64,000 nucleotides of DNA from Eledone cirrhosa (taxonomy: Eukaryota). Of the stretch, positions 1 to 14,175 are shown piece by piece (within the stretch, counting starts at the first letter, position 1; each line of letters begins with the position of its first letter). The stretch spans positions 24,242,001-24,306,000 of the forward strand of contig OZ024756.1 of NCBI GenBank assembly GCA_964016885.1, given 5' to 3'. Both the position numbers and the translations under genes were made by a program. The notes beneath the pieces were generated by a model. The model did not search any database. It saw nothing but the letters and a program-made list of their open reading frames with translations, and was not told the DNA's origin.

Positions 1-262
1 CTTCCCTTGATACCCTAAAGTATGTTGATGGAGCCCTTCTTCTCTTGATACCCTAAACTATGTGTTTATGGAGTCCTACTTCCCTTGATACCCTAAAGTA
101 TGTTTATGGAGCACTTCTTCTCTTGATATCCTAAAGTATGTGTTTAGGATGCCCTTCTTCCCTTGATACCCTAAACTATGTGTTTATGGAGCCCTTCTTC
201 TCTTAATACTCTAAAATATGTGTTTAAGATGCCCTTCTCTTGATACCCTAAAGTATGTGTTT
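1..262. repeat. ~39-bp minisatellite (CTTGATACCCTAAAGTATGTGTTTATGGAGCCCTTCTTC), ~6.5 copies
   Basis: Unit recurs with substitutions from the window start to ~262. Confidence 0.9.
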
Positions 263-343
263 AAGGTCTCCGCCATGTTTAAAAAGACCAAGAGAGATTG
301 TATGTCACTGCGGCGCCCGTATGACTCATCAGAAGTTACGGAT

Positions 344-1036
344 TCATACATACATACATCCATCCATACATACATCCATACATCCATACATACATACATA
401 CATACAGCCATACGTACATCCATCCATACGTACATACATCCATACATACATACATCCATACATACATCCATACATCCATACATACATACATCCATACATG
501 CATACATACATACATACATGCATACATACATACATACATGCATACATACATACATACATACATACATACATACATACATGCATACATACATACATACATG
601 CATACATACGTACCACACACATCCTCACTAACCACTACGCCCACACGACAATCAACTATTTGTCACTTTGCTGCTAAGTACATTGTACTCAATTTATCTT
701 ATCTGTGGCTTACAACTACTACAACAACAACAACTACTACTACTACTGATACTACTACTACTACTACTACAACCACCTCTACTACCACAACCACTACTTC
801 TACTACAACCACCACCATCGGCGCCACTACTACCATTACTACTAACACTAATAACAACCTCACCGCCCCCCACTAAAATTAATAGCACCATCACCACATC
901 ACCGACACCAACACCACTGCTACTACTACCACCACTACCAAAACTACTACTACTACCCCCACCACTACCATCAACACCACTACAATTACTACTACTACTA
1001 CTACTACTACTATTGCTACTACTACTGCTGCTGCTG

Positions 1037-1079
<43 letters not shown>

Positions 1080-1171
1080 CACTACTATTACTATTACTAC
1101 TACCACTACTATTACTACTATTACTACTACTACTATTACTACTACTACTACTACCACTGCTGCTGCTGCTA

Positions 1172-1212
<41 letters not shown>

Positions 1213-1213
1213 A

Positions 1214-1272
<59 letters not shown>

Positions 1273-1282
1273 ACTACTACTA

Positions 1283-1361
<79 letters not shown>

Positions 1362-1623
1362 CGCTACTATTACTACTACTACTACCACTACTACCATTGG
1401 ATCAAAAAAGGTATTATTTACTTTATTGGAGGAAACAAAGATAAGACAGAAAGACGGGAGAGAGAAAGAGAGAGAGAGGGACAGACAGACAGACAGAGAC
1501 AATGTGTGAGAGAGAGAGAGAGAGAGAGAGAGGGACAGACAGACAGACAGAGACAATTTGTGTGAGAGAGAGAGAGAGAGAGACAAATAGACAAACAGAG
1601 ACAATGTGAGTTTGTGTGAGAAT

Positions 1624-1659
<36 letters not shown>

Positions 1660-1719
1660 GCAGACAGACAGACAGACAGAGACAATGTGTGTGAGAGAGA
1701 GAGAGACAGGGACATGGTG

Positions 1720-1755
<36 letters not shown>

Positions 1756-2072
1756 ACAAGGTGTGTGAAAAAGAGAATGAGCGGTGTTTTGCGTTTCCTC
1801 CACCACCGCCGCCACCAACACCACCATCCCCAACCACTACCACCACCACCTCCACCACCACCACCACCACCACCACCACCACCACCACTACCACCACCGC
1901 CGCCACCAACACCACCATCCCCAACCACTACCACCACCACCACCGCCACCACCACCACCACCACCACCACCACCACCACCACCACCACCACCACCACCAC
2001 CACCACCACCACCACCACCACTACCACCACCACCACTACCACCACCACTACCACCACCACCGCCACCACCAC
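344..2072. repeat. Compound microsatellite block: (CATA/CATC)n, (ACT/GCT)n, (GA/GACA)n, (CCA)n
   Basis: Directly visible; explains the poly-T/L/V/H/P ORFs in the track. Confidence 0.95.
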
Positions 2073-2168
2073 ACTCCCTTCTCCACTTTCCAGTCCTTTA
2101 CATTTTATATGTGAGAAATATTGAAGTTGAACAGGTCAGCTCTAGGTATAACATTATTTGTGTATGTG

Positions 2169-2217
<49 letters not shown>

Positions 2218-2316
2218 TTATATATGTATATATATATATGTATATGTATACACATATATATATATATATACATTTATATGTATAAATATACATTTATATG
2301 TATAATTCATTATAAT

Positions 2317-2494
2317 TGGCAGTATCGGTAGAGGGTCGGACGCCATGCTTTCCAGCATAGTTACGTCCCTTTACGGTCTGAGTTCAAATCCCGCCGAGGT
2401 TGACTTTGCCTTTCATCCTTACGGGGTCGATAAAATAAAGTACCAGTAATGTACTGGGTATTTGCTGGCCTTGTGCCAAAAAGTAGAAACAATT
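2317..2494 (+). mobile_element. tRNA-derived SINE with Meta/MESC-like central domain (most abundant family here)
   Basis: A-box-like TGGCAGTATCGG and B-box GAGTTCAAATCC, then GCCTTTCATCCTTACGGGGTCGATAAAATAAAGTACCAG; ~20 near-identical or diverged copies in the window. Confidence 0.85.
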
Positions 2495-2531
2495 ATAAGT
2501 ATAAATATACATTTATATGTATAAATATATG

Positions 2532-2581
<50 letters not shown>

Positions 2582-2591
2582 TAAATATATG

Positions 2592-2664
<73 letters not shown>

Positions 2665-2786
2665 TTATATGTATAAATATACTTGGGGAGGGTCATATTG
2701 TTGTAATAATATTGCCAAAAATAATAAATATGTATAAATAGATACTTATAAATGTGTGTATATGATTGTATGTATATATATATATA

Positions 2787-2819
<33 letters not shown>

Positions 2820-2832
2820 GTATATACATATA

Positions 2833-2875
<43 letters not shown>

Positions 2876-3059
2876 GTGTGTGTGTGTATATATATATGTA
2901 TATATATATATGTATATATATATGTGTGTATATATATATATATGTATATACATATATGTGTGTATATATATATATGTATATATATATGTGTGTGTGTGTG
3001 TATCTATGTGTGTGTACACAGAGAGAGGGTGAGAGAGAGAGAGAGAGAGAGAGAGATAT

Positions 3060-3098
<39 letters not shown>

Positions 3099-3383
3099 GT
3101 GTGAGAGAGAGAGAGAAAGAAACGAGGTAAGGGAGAAAAAGTTGAGATACCAACACGTCAAAATTTATAGCATAGCTGAAATAGAAGCAACAACAACAAC
3201 AGCAACAAGTCGTCATTTGACCTGCTAAAAATAGCAGCCCAAATCACTCAATTCACACGCTACCCTCTTATAGAAGGAGACCAATATTTTTTATATCCGA
3301 CATATATTTGAGTGGACGAGGTGCGGGGATCATAAAAATATTAGTCACTGAGTCCTCACCTTTAATAAGAGGGTAACGTGTGA

Positions 3384-3520
<137 letters not shown>

Positions 3521-3607
3521 TTTATATACTTATTAAGTAAACTGGACTGGACTTTTATTATTCACGGATGTCCCTGTCTGTCTGTCTGTCTCAATTTACT
3601 TAATAAG

Positions 3608-3718
<111 letters not shown>

Positions 3719-3730
3719 ATATATATATAT

Positions 3731-3814
3731 GAAAGTATGACCCCGACGGCAGAGCTCAAGTCCAGAAATAGCCATCGAAACGACTTGAGCTCTGCCGTCG
3801 GGGTCATACTTTCT

Positions 3815-3816
<2 letters not shown>
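3731..3816 (+). mobile_element. Fold-back element family A, copy A1 (hammerhead 3' half; Penelope-like pLTR derivative) in (TA)n
   Basis: Perfect 32-bp inverted repeat (3731-3762 / 3782-3813); GAAAC...GAGCTC...GTC-GGGGTC; homologous to 13476, 32339 and 61721. Confidence 0.7.
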
Positions 3817-3851
<35 letters not shown>

Positions 3852-3957
3852 GGGGTCGATAAAATAAAGTACCAGTAATGCACTGGGTAATTGCTGGCCT
3901 TGTGCCTAAAGTAGAAACAATTATATATATTATATATTATTATATATTATGTATTAT

Positions 3958-4033
<76 letters not shown>

Positions 4034-4152
4034 GAGAGAGAGAGGGGGGGAGAACAAACAAACAAAGAAACAAAGGAATAAGCAATAAAGAAATAATGTT
4101 GTAGTGCACCTGAGCACTGTACACAATAATTTCATCATTATTATTATTATTT

Positions 4153-4410
4153 TATCGATAAAATAAAGTACCAGTAATGCACTGGGTAATTTGCTGATTT
4201 GCTGGCCTTGTGCCCAAAGTAGAAACAGTTATTATCCTTACAGGGTCGATAAAATAAAGTACCAGTAATGCACTGGGTATTTGCTGGCCTTGTGCCTAAA
4301 GTAGAAACAGTTATTATCCTTACAGGGTCGATAAAATAAAGTACCAGTAATGCACTGGGTATTTGCTGGCCTTGTGCCTAAAGTAGAAACAGTTATTATT
4401 ATTATTATTA
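4153..4410 (+). repeat. Three tandem ~81-bp copies of the SINE 3' half
   Basis: GATAAAATAAAGTACCAGTAATGCACTGGG...AAGTAGAAACAGTTATTAT repeated 3x. Confidence 0.85.
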
Positions 4411-4590
4411 TTTTAAATGTGTCTAGCCAAGTCTCATCAACATTTACATAATGTGGAAGTTGTGAATACATTTGATGGCACCTGGTAAAGTCTGTCGTGT
4501 GTAAATACCGAAACCGTTTGGTAGGGCAAAAAAAAAAAAGTTTAACTTCATATAAATATGTGTGTGAATGTGTGTGTGAGAGTGTATGTA

Positions 4591-4646
<56 letters not shown>

Positions 4647-4658
4647 TACATACACTCT

Positions 4659-4693
<35 letters not shown>

Positions 4694-4816
4694 TGAGATT
4701 GGATTATTTTCCCATATCTTACGTTAAATATTTTCCATCTTGACGTAATAGTCACTTATATGTCTGAATTACTGAATTACTGTTGGCTTGTTGCTCGCAT
4801 TAATTTCTCTATTTTC

Positions 4817-4945
<129 letters not shown>

Positions 4946-5083
4946 GATTTATTAATAGCATTGATATATAGATACTGTGTGTGTGTGTGTGCGTGTGTGC
5001 GTGTGTGCGTGTGTGCGTGTGTGTGTATGTGCATGTGTGTATGTACATGTGTATGTATGTGGGTGTGTATGTAGGAATGAATG

Positions 5084-5119
<36 letters not shown>

Positions 5120-5170
5120 CGCGCGCGCGTGTGTGCGTGTGTGTGTCCGTGTGTGTATGTACATGTGTGA

Positions 5171-5227
<57 letters not shown>

Positions 5228-5343
5228 TGCATGTGTGTGTGTGTGTGTATGTGTGTGTGTGTTTCTCGATTACTTACTTTACTTAAGTAATGTATCTGTT
5301 AAGAAAAGAAGCCAGTTGTTTAGTTGGTAACGGTCTGCTCACA

Positions 5344-5382
<39 letters not shown>

Positions 5383-5959
5383 CCACACACACACACACAG
5401 GACACGCGACACACCCACGAAAGAAGACGTGTACTGGTTTGAAATATATATACACAATGCATAACATACAACACACAAACAGACGTATGCTGTGTGTTTT
5501 TTGAGGCTTTTTTTTTTTTTCATTTTTGTTGCAGACACGTTTCAATGACTCAAAACAACAACAAACAAACTAAACAACACATATATTGTTATTACTATTA
5601 TTATTATTATTAACAATAAGGACAATTGTTAATGTTTTTTTGTTTGTTTGTTATGATCGCATTCTCTTTTTAAACTTCAGAAAACAAACAAAATTGTCAT
5701 TTGAATTGAGTTTCCTATCGGATGCGCGAGATCCTGTTAAAATATGTATACCGATTTAAAAAACCCTACTGTCGATACGAAGTTAGTAACTCCCAAAAAA
5801 TTAGTCTGGCCCTTGGAAACTCCAATATGTACCGGACTATGAAAATAATGCAAATTTATATTTTTTAAAACATATATATATATATATACTTGTACATATA
5901 TATTTTTCGTATATATATATATATTTATTTTTTATCACAAACAAAAGTATTTATTTACT

Positions 5960-5969
5960 ATGGAAGATG
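5960..5969 (+). CDS. Putative coding exon 1 (MED+G) of a small two-TM protein gene
   Basis: ATG GAA GAT G followed by strong donor GTGAGT; phase 1 matches the acceptor at 18386. Confidence 0.5.
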
Positions 5970-6002
5970 GTGAGTACATTTATTTGTCAATATTATTGTT
6001 TG

Positions 6003-6087
<85 letters not shown>

Positions 6088-6802
6088 TAGGTTCAGACAT
6101 GGCTGTGTGGTTAAGGATAAGGGGGTTCGCATGACAACCACGTTGTTTCGGGGTCACTCCCCAAATGCTGGGAAACCGTGAGCGACTGTCTTTCTACCGT
6201 AAGCCGGGTGTTTATGTGTGCGCGTGTGTGTGTGTGTGTGTGCGCGCGCGCGTGCGCGCATGTGTGTTTGTATGTGTATAAATATATGTGGTCATGTGCG
6301 TGTATGTGCTAGTCTATATATATGTATGTGCGTACTTATGGTTGTGTACGTGACTGCCCCGTTATTTAGCGGTACAAAAAAAAAAGCTATCAATTAGATA
6401 ATAAATACCAGACTTAAAAATATAAGTAGTGAGGTCAATATTCGGTTAAATCCATTTAAAAGTGGTGCCTCGGCATGGCCACAGTCTAATGACTGAAACC
6501 GGTAAAACAATGCATAGATAGAAAAGATAGTAAGTACGCTTATGAATACTTTTTGTTTTAATGAAAATACAGAACTGCTAGCCGGAGTAGATTGACAAGC
6601 CTTCTTTTAATCCGGTATTTTAGTACCGTTTCTGTATGACGTTTCTATACTTCTCCTAACACATTACTGCCAACTTAGCTGTTTGTCTTTGATAGGAGAG
6701 GGAGGGATGGGTGTATGGATGAATGGAAGAAGGGGATATGGAGTACACAGATGTGTGAGAAAGCAGACAGGCATAGATAGATAGATAGAGAGATAGATAT
6801 AG

Positions 6803-6847
<45 letters not shown>

Positions 6848-6898
6848 CAAGCAGGAAGACAGACACAGAGAGACAGACGAACGGACAGACAGGTAGTT

Positions 6899-6976
<78 letters not shown>

Positions 6977-7030
6977 GATACAGCTATATATATATATATA
7001 TATATAGGATATGTTTCAAGTATGAGTATT

Positions 7031-7074
<44 letters not shown>

Positions 7075-7079
7075 CTATG

Positions 7080-7194
<115 letters not shown>

Positions 7195-7224
7195 GTGTGC
7201 GTGTGTGTGTGCGTGTGTGTTTAT

Positions 7225-7686
7225 GTGTGTGTGTGTCTACAGGAAAGGGAATCAGGACCCACCGTCGTCACTTTTTTCCCAGTGAGAGTCATGGATATAT
7301 AGATTGTCCATGGTGTCCCCACATATGTGTAAGGCCATGTGATTATTTCAGTTGCCAATCTCCATATGACAAAGTCTGTTGGATCTCCGTTGATTCCGAC
7401 GACGAGTGTTCCAGCTGTTTGATCAACGAAACAACCTGTTAGTGAAATTAACGCGCCAGTGGCTAAGCATGTCACAGATAAATATATCCTTAATGTAATT
7501 CTCAGGTAGATCCAGAGGGATGAATCGTCTGACAATGCTGGCCCTTTGAATCACAGGTACAACTCATTTGTTTGATTTTTTTTTTTTCTCACTTACTGGG
7601 CTAGAACTCAAAGACACAATGGTAATCGAACTCACAACCTTACGATCGTAACCGAACGTCCTAACCACTGAGGCACACGTCTTCAC
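7225..7686 (-). mobile_element. Second tRNA-derived SINE family (long copy)
   Basis: Reverse-strand A/B boxes near 7620-7686; shares head with 10480-10690, 17830-18018 and 19055-19260. Confidence 0.6.
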
Positions 7687-8150
7687 GATACATAAGGTAA
7701 ATTCCCGATGGAATCGACCTGTGTATCTGTGTATATGTGTATCGATTTCAATACTCAGTTGAAATCGATTGTTTTCACTTACGTAAGTAATGCTTTTTTT
7801 TTAATAAAGCAAGGACGTCACATCGTCGCCCCACCACCACCACCACCACCACAACGCCCCATCCCGTCCACACACACAAACTCTATCTTTAATAATTGTG
7901 ATCTTGTGTCAAAGAAATGAAAGACGGTCGATTTGGCATAGTGATTAGAGAGTTAGGTATTTGTTCCGGCTCTTTAAGTTCAAATCTCGCTGAGGTCCAC
8001 TTTTTTGCCGTTCATATATTCGGGAAACGGGGTCGATAAAGAAAGTACAAGTCCTGTGTTGGTGAAACTCCCTAGCTCCTTCTAGTTGCCACATCCAATG
8101 TGTTCCACTGGATCAAAGTAGGGAGGAGAAAGAGAGAGAGAGAGAGAGAG

Positions 8151-8216
<66 letters not shown>

Positions 8217-8224
8217 CTCACGAC

Positions 8225-8495
8225 TGCATGCATGGTCCCTTAACTCATGATGGAGTCGTAAGGGCATCGTATCGACATCTGACGTTCCTAGGGCATCTTT
8301 TTAAAATACCTAGCGGAGCCCATCTTCTCACAAGGTTTGTACACAGCAAATTTCTTCCAGAATAGAGAAGAAGGATAAAGAGAGTGAGAGAGGGAGAAAG
8401 GAAGTGAGAAAAAGATATAGAGAAAGAATTGACCCCGAAAGGATGAAAGGCAAATCATTCTACCCGACATTTTAACGACTCTGCCAATTCGCCGT
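8225..8495 (-). mobile_element. Composite SINE (Meta-like core plus purine/pyrimidine-biased tail)
   Basis: GCATGCATGGTCCC...CAGCAAATTTCTTCCAGA...GAATTGACCC also seen at 16010, 16560, 20035, 53590, and reversed at 14750 and 16950. Confidence 0.7.
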
Positions 8496-9118
8496 CTATG
8501 CTCACGACTGCACGTGGAAGTCCACTGGATTGACTACCTGTACCTGTAAATTCAAACGGCCAGTTTTGTCACACACGGTGTCACACTGAGAATTATGTTA
8601 ATTACATAAAGCAGACTGACTCTTTTGTTGATTGAATTACTAGAAAGAAATAGACAGAGATGTTCATTGATCGAATGCTTCAAATATCGATACGGGAGTA
8701 CATTTTACTGATACATTTATCAATGGGATCACCGATCAATGACTGTTCTTTAAATCAAACAACTGAAATACTCACTGACGAAACCGACGGAAGTCCATCG
8801 ATCATTAATACAAAAGCTGCAAATCATCGAGTGTATCAAATATCGATTCAGAAATCGATATGTTACTAATATTTATCTTTTCTGTGTGATCTTCGATCAG
8901 CGGCTTCTAATTAAGAACATTTTGTGCTGTAATGAGATGTGCTTTATTGCTTAAGAAGTCTGTGTCTACTGCTGTGGATAGATGGTCGGATACTGCAGGG
9001 GGGTGCGGTGGATGGAAACTCCCTGTTTAAAATTGTTAATAATTTTATTAATTATTGGTCGATTTTCATAAAATATATTTTATTTTGAACAGGAGAATCG
9101 TAGAAGCTCAGTACAGTG

Positions 9119-9260
9119 TTAACATTCTACATAGGCCCCAGCCTTGTCCACTGACTTCATCAGTATGTTGGTCAGTACATGGTGAATGACTTCCTCCAAT
9201 TGAGTCGGAGTCTTTGATTTTGAGCTATAAACTTCTTCCTTCGCCCACCCCAACAGGTGT
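9119..9260 (-). mobile_element. Tc1/mariner transposase C-terminal remnant
   Basis: LLGWAKEEVYSSKSKTPTQLEEVI...VDKAGAYVEC resembles the mariner C-terminal WG.K..VY...P.T..L...I...G.YVE pattern. Confidence 0.6.
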
Positions 9261-9527
9261 AAGTTATGGTTTCTTGCTGGCCATTTATATAGGTATAAAT
9301 GTGTATTATTGTACATGTAAGGATATAGGTTAAATAATGTTGTATCCACGGTTATATATATATATGTGTGTATAAACTATTTAACATGTGTCACCTTACA
9401 AGGACGCTGGACTCTACTGTATATAATATGTAATCGTATCTTATCAAATGTCAATATAATTCTGACATTTGATAAGATACTCTTACGTATAGAAACAGTA
9501 GCATTCTTGTAAGCTCCTCCTACTTCT

Positions 9528-9591
<64 letters not shown>

Positions 9592-9630
9592 GAGAGAGAG
9601 AGATAAATAGATAGATAGATAGATAGATAG

Positions 9631-9755
9631 ATTTCTTTATTAGCCACAAGGGCGCAACAAGAAAGGGGACAATACAAAGACATGCCGGGGATTTTACATA
9701 CAGTCGTGTAAAAAATATAAAAACAAACAATTTCAACAATCGAAATCCCCAATAG

Positions 9756-9757
<2 letters not shown>
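9631..9757 (-). mobile_element. 5'-truncated 3' end of a Tx1-like LINE embedded in (GATA)n
   Basis: Ends CCCTTGTGGCTAATAAAGAAATC like the 3' end of the 10991-12605 element; (GATA)n on both sides. Confidence 0.7.
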
Positions 9758-9803
<46 letters not shown>

Positions 9804-9989
9804 GAGGGGAAATACATTCATTACACTAACTATGGTGTCGTTTGTTTCTCTGGCTGCCTATTTCAGATTTTCATTGGGACAGACCCCAGGTCATCACCCA
9901 ATGACTTCATTTTGTAATGGTTGTGTTCTTTTCCTTCAAAAGTTTGTTTTTCTTTTGTTTCTCTTATTAATACAGTAAAGGTGTGATTT

Positions 9990-10370
9990 TCCAGTTCTTT
10001 AAAATAAATTAGTGAATGTCGGGACAGCGATTGAAGAAATCTGCCCTAATGCCCAGGCAGTTTGTGGAGTTGTGTAGCTTTCTCAGTATGTTTCCTGTTT
10101 CCGCTATACAAAACTGAGACATTCTCGAGCTATTTGCATACGGTTAGGATCTTTTAGAATCTTCCATTTGATGGAGAAATTTGTGCAGCTGTTTTTAAGA
10201 GACAATGCGTGGCTTGCGCGCTCAGTGCTTCATCTTATTTCCGGATATCTAAAGGTTGACTCATGGTTTAGTAATTATTTTTTAAACCGGCCTTCTGCCA
10301 TTTCTAACGGGCGTTCTGACCTACTGCCCTTGTTTAGGTGACTTCAGCTTCATATATCATGTACTACATA
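9990..10370 (-). pseudogene. Degenerate Penelope-like element GIY-YIG endonuclease remnant
   Basis: Minus-strand translation across stops/frameshifts gives IYEAEVT...MAEGRFKK.LLNHESTF...LKNSCTNFSIKWKILK...PY...FCIAE, matching the layout of the PLE endonuclease C-terminus. Confidence 0.65.
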
Positions 10371-10479
10371 CTTATATTTATATTAGTAAAAAATGCATAT
10401 ATCTGCACCCACAGTACAGGAAACGAAGTACAGTGTCAGCCTTCCTCAGTTTTGGATTATATATATCGACAGTCGATCG

Positions 10480-10690
10480 ACTTTCGTTAAATCGGACCGA
10501 GGAAACAATGTTTCCATTGCTCTTTCCAATTGCTAATACTATCTATCGGTCGCAACTCCAGGTAGAAGGAGCAACGTGAAATAAAGTGTCTTGCTCAAGG
10601 ACATAACGCATTACCCGGTCCAAGAATCGAACTCACGACATCACGATATTGCGAATCCAATTCTCTAACCACTCAGCCACACGCCTTCAC
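10480..10690 (-). mobile_element. tRNA-derived SINE (second family)
   Basis: GTGGCTGAGTGGTTAG / GAGTTCGATTCT boxes and TCCTTGAGCAAGACACTTTA core on the minus strand. Confidence 0.7.
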
Positions 10691-10691
10691 G

Positions 10692-10741
<50 letters not shown>

Positions 10742-10985
10742 CATGTCTCTCTCTCTATATTTTTTTTTTTTTCTTCCGCATTTTTCTTCCCTATTTTATT
10801 ATTATTCGTATAAAAATGCAACTTAACTGCACTTTGCACATCCGCCGTTGAAAAAGCATATAATGCTGAAACCGGTACCACTTTTAAATGCGGAAATACC
10901 CACTTTATAAATAAATGGTTTGATATTATACTGAAAAAATCCTTCCTGCATTTTCTACTTAATTTTTTTCTTGTCACTATTTGTT

Positions 10986-10990
<5 letters not shown>

Positions 10991-11045
<55 letters not shown>

Positions 11046-12605
11046 TTTTCTTTATTAACCACAAGGGTTCACATAAAGTAGACATTAAGGACAGTACAGG
11101 ACAATACAGGACGGTACAAACGGGCATTTCTGCGTGTAAAAAACAGAGGTTGAAATAAAATAACAAAGAAAAATTCCCCAATAGGGGGGAGACTTCCAAG
11201 GGACATTTGTGGAGAAAGCCCATTAAAAGACCACAGTGGCCCTGACCATCAGGGCAAGTGACCTCTCCCAGTTTTCCACCTTTAATTTACAGACACATAC
11301 TCAGAGAAGGCCCATTCATTCGGGCCATACTTGCTTCTCTCACCCATCTTTCAACAAAATGCTGGGAAGAGAGCACTTCCCTCTCTACCCTGATTTTCCT
11401 TTTCAAATGAAATTTGAAAAAGTTAATCAGGGCATCACCGAAGAGGTAAGTGCTCGTCTTCAGCCCTTTCAAACGTGTCCACCATACTATCTCTTTCGCC
11501 ATGGCCACCAGACAGATAAAAACTGCCTGCCCTTCCAGGCTAAAGGAAGGGGGCGGGGCAATCCTCACGATGGACTCAGCTGATAGCTGGATCCGTCCTA
11601 CACGCGACAGCAGGTGTTCGACATAAACCCACAAGTCAGCAATGCTCGGACACTGGACGAGTGCGTGCAGGACGGTTTCGTCGCCCTGCGCGCATCTCGG
11701 ACATGCCCGGCTGACGGCACCTCCATGCCTGTAGAGTTTATCCCGAACTGGCAAAGCTCCTCGGTAGCACTGCCAGGCCAGGGATTTCTGGAAGTTGTCC
11801 ATAGGCCCCGGCCCGAAAGTCCTTCCGAAGAGATTGGCTAGTTGATTTTCGTCGACGCCTAGAGTTTCTCCAAGTACGTCGTCGCTCTTCCCCTCCACTA
11901 ATCCCCTATAGAACGCCAAGGTGGAGTTTCCACCGATCACATTGCCCGATTGGTCGAGGGCTGTGAGCGCCTGAAGACATTCCAGTCTCCAAGCGCTCCC
12001 TCTCGGTCTTCGCTTGACCCAGGACTGCAGCTCCGTCAAGGAGACGAGCTGGGGAAAAACGTGTCTTGCAAACGGCGACCACACCTGATCACCGTCGAGG
12101 AAGAGGTGGAGATGTCGTAGCCTGAGCGCGTGTCTGCGCATCATCAGCCACGGCATGCCCAGCCCTCCACGTAGCGGGTGTTGACAGCAGATGGACCGCC
12201 TGACCATCGGAGCGCGTCCCTTCCACAAGAAGCGAAAGAGCAAACGCTCCAGCGCAGTCAGGCGGGGCTTAGGACAAGGTACGACGGTCAGGCGGTAGTA
12301 GATGACGGATGCGATGTACGCATTCGCCACCTCCGCTCGACTTTCAGGGATAGCTTCCTCTCGGCCCATTTCTGGGTGAGAGAAGCCACCCTGCTCGTCA
12401 CCTCGTCCCAGTTTTTGTCCGTCTGGAGGTCTGGACCGAACCAGACCCCTAGCAATTTAACCGGTCCGTCCGTCCAGCGCCCGACGACGCTGTTGGACGG
12501 CATGGACCTGCCTCTCCAGGTGCCGAGCTGCAGGCCCACTGACTTTTCCTGGTTGATCATTGCTCCTGTCACCGCTTCGTATTCTCTTAGTGTAGTGCCG
12601 ATCGC
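10991..12605 (-). mobile_element. Young 5'-truncated Tx1/L1-clade LINE (ORF2 RT C-terminus plus zf-RVT zinc finger, 3' UTR, (ATT)n tail)
   Basis: INQEKS...VKLLGVWF...W..RKLSLK(G)RAEVANAYI joined by a 1-nt frameshift near 12342; GGLG motif; WQCYRGALPVRDKL...CPRC...ETVLHALVQC; AATAAA and (ATT)n tail. Confidence 0.92.
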
Positions 12606-13365
12606 ATATATATATATATATAAATGACTACTCTCTCATTGTTTGAGCTGATTTAGACGAGTATTTTCATTTTTTTTTTTTTTTGCTGGTATTTCTAGCA
12701 TCGATATAAGCTCGTCGTATTTTCGTGATACACTGAACAGAAAAATTTTGTACAGTATTTCAAAGTTACGTCATGCTGCTTTCTCATGTGGTCTATAAAG
12801 TAGTCCCTTTGGTAGTGTATATTCATACGGCAATTCAATGACATAACACCTTGTTCACATTTAAGATCTAGCAGTGAACTGGTATGTATGATAAATTTTC
12901 ACCTTGTCCCCTTATTCTTATTAAAAATTCACCTCCCGATGAAGAAACTTCAATTCTTCCAGTATTGGTTATTCCAATGTCTTGGAATTCCAGCTACTGT
13001 ATCTTGAGTTTCAGAAACCATCGTTGGGGCATTATAAGGGTTTAAATTGTCATTTTTTATCCTATTTGACTTGTATCCCTCCACCCCCAAGTTAAATTTG
13101 GGCTTAAATTTAATATATTTTAATACTTCTCTGGGTGGATAATTAGTTTATTAATTTATTAATATATATTGTCCTTTCATTGAGATGCCTACGTATTAAA
13201 AGACAATTAACTTTATAGAGTTGTAAATTAAAATATGTATGTACGTACATGTGTATGTACGTACATGTGTATATACGTACATGTGTATGTACGTACATGT
13301 GTATATATGAAATAAACTGTATTACAGACCGTTAATTTTGTAGAGTTATAAATTTATATATATAC

Positions 13366-13665
<300 letters not shown>

Positions 13666-13890
13666 ATATAGTAATAATAATAAATGCGAAGAGTGAAATC
13701 CAAAGAGGGCTCGATAAGGATAAATAAGATCCCGTTAAGGGTGAAACCAGCGATTCTTTGCTTAAACTTTAATCTGTTATTTTAATATATATATATATAA
13801 TTTATGTTAGGTTACCAAAGGGTAGAATTTATGGTTCGGGTTGGTAAACGATATATATGTGTGTGCGCGTGTGTGTTGGTAAACGATGTA

Positions 13891-13946
<56 letters not shown>

Positions 13947-14175
13947 CGCGCACGCGTATGTATTTGGGTTCGTTATTCACTTCTTTCATAAAATAATAAA
14001 TATTAATTTTTCTCTAACGTTTTATTTTTTTAAAGAAATTTGAGAAATAGTTTTTAAAAACAAGTAAATATTTACAGAGTTAATCTGTTTTACATTCATT
14101 CCATCTTCTACTATTTCATTTGCATACACATTCCGATTCCATAGATTTGGTCGGCACAATTTTGAAAATTAAACT

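Noticed and set aside
11287-12369. 360-aa ORF as a host gene
   Set aside because: Frameshifted, 5'-truncated LINE ORF2 fragment.
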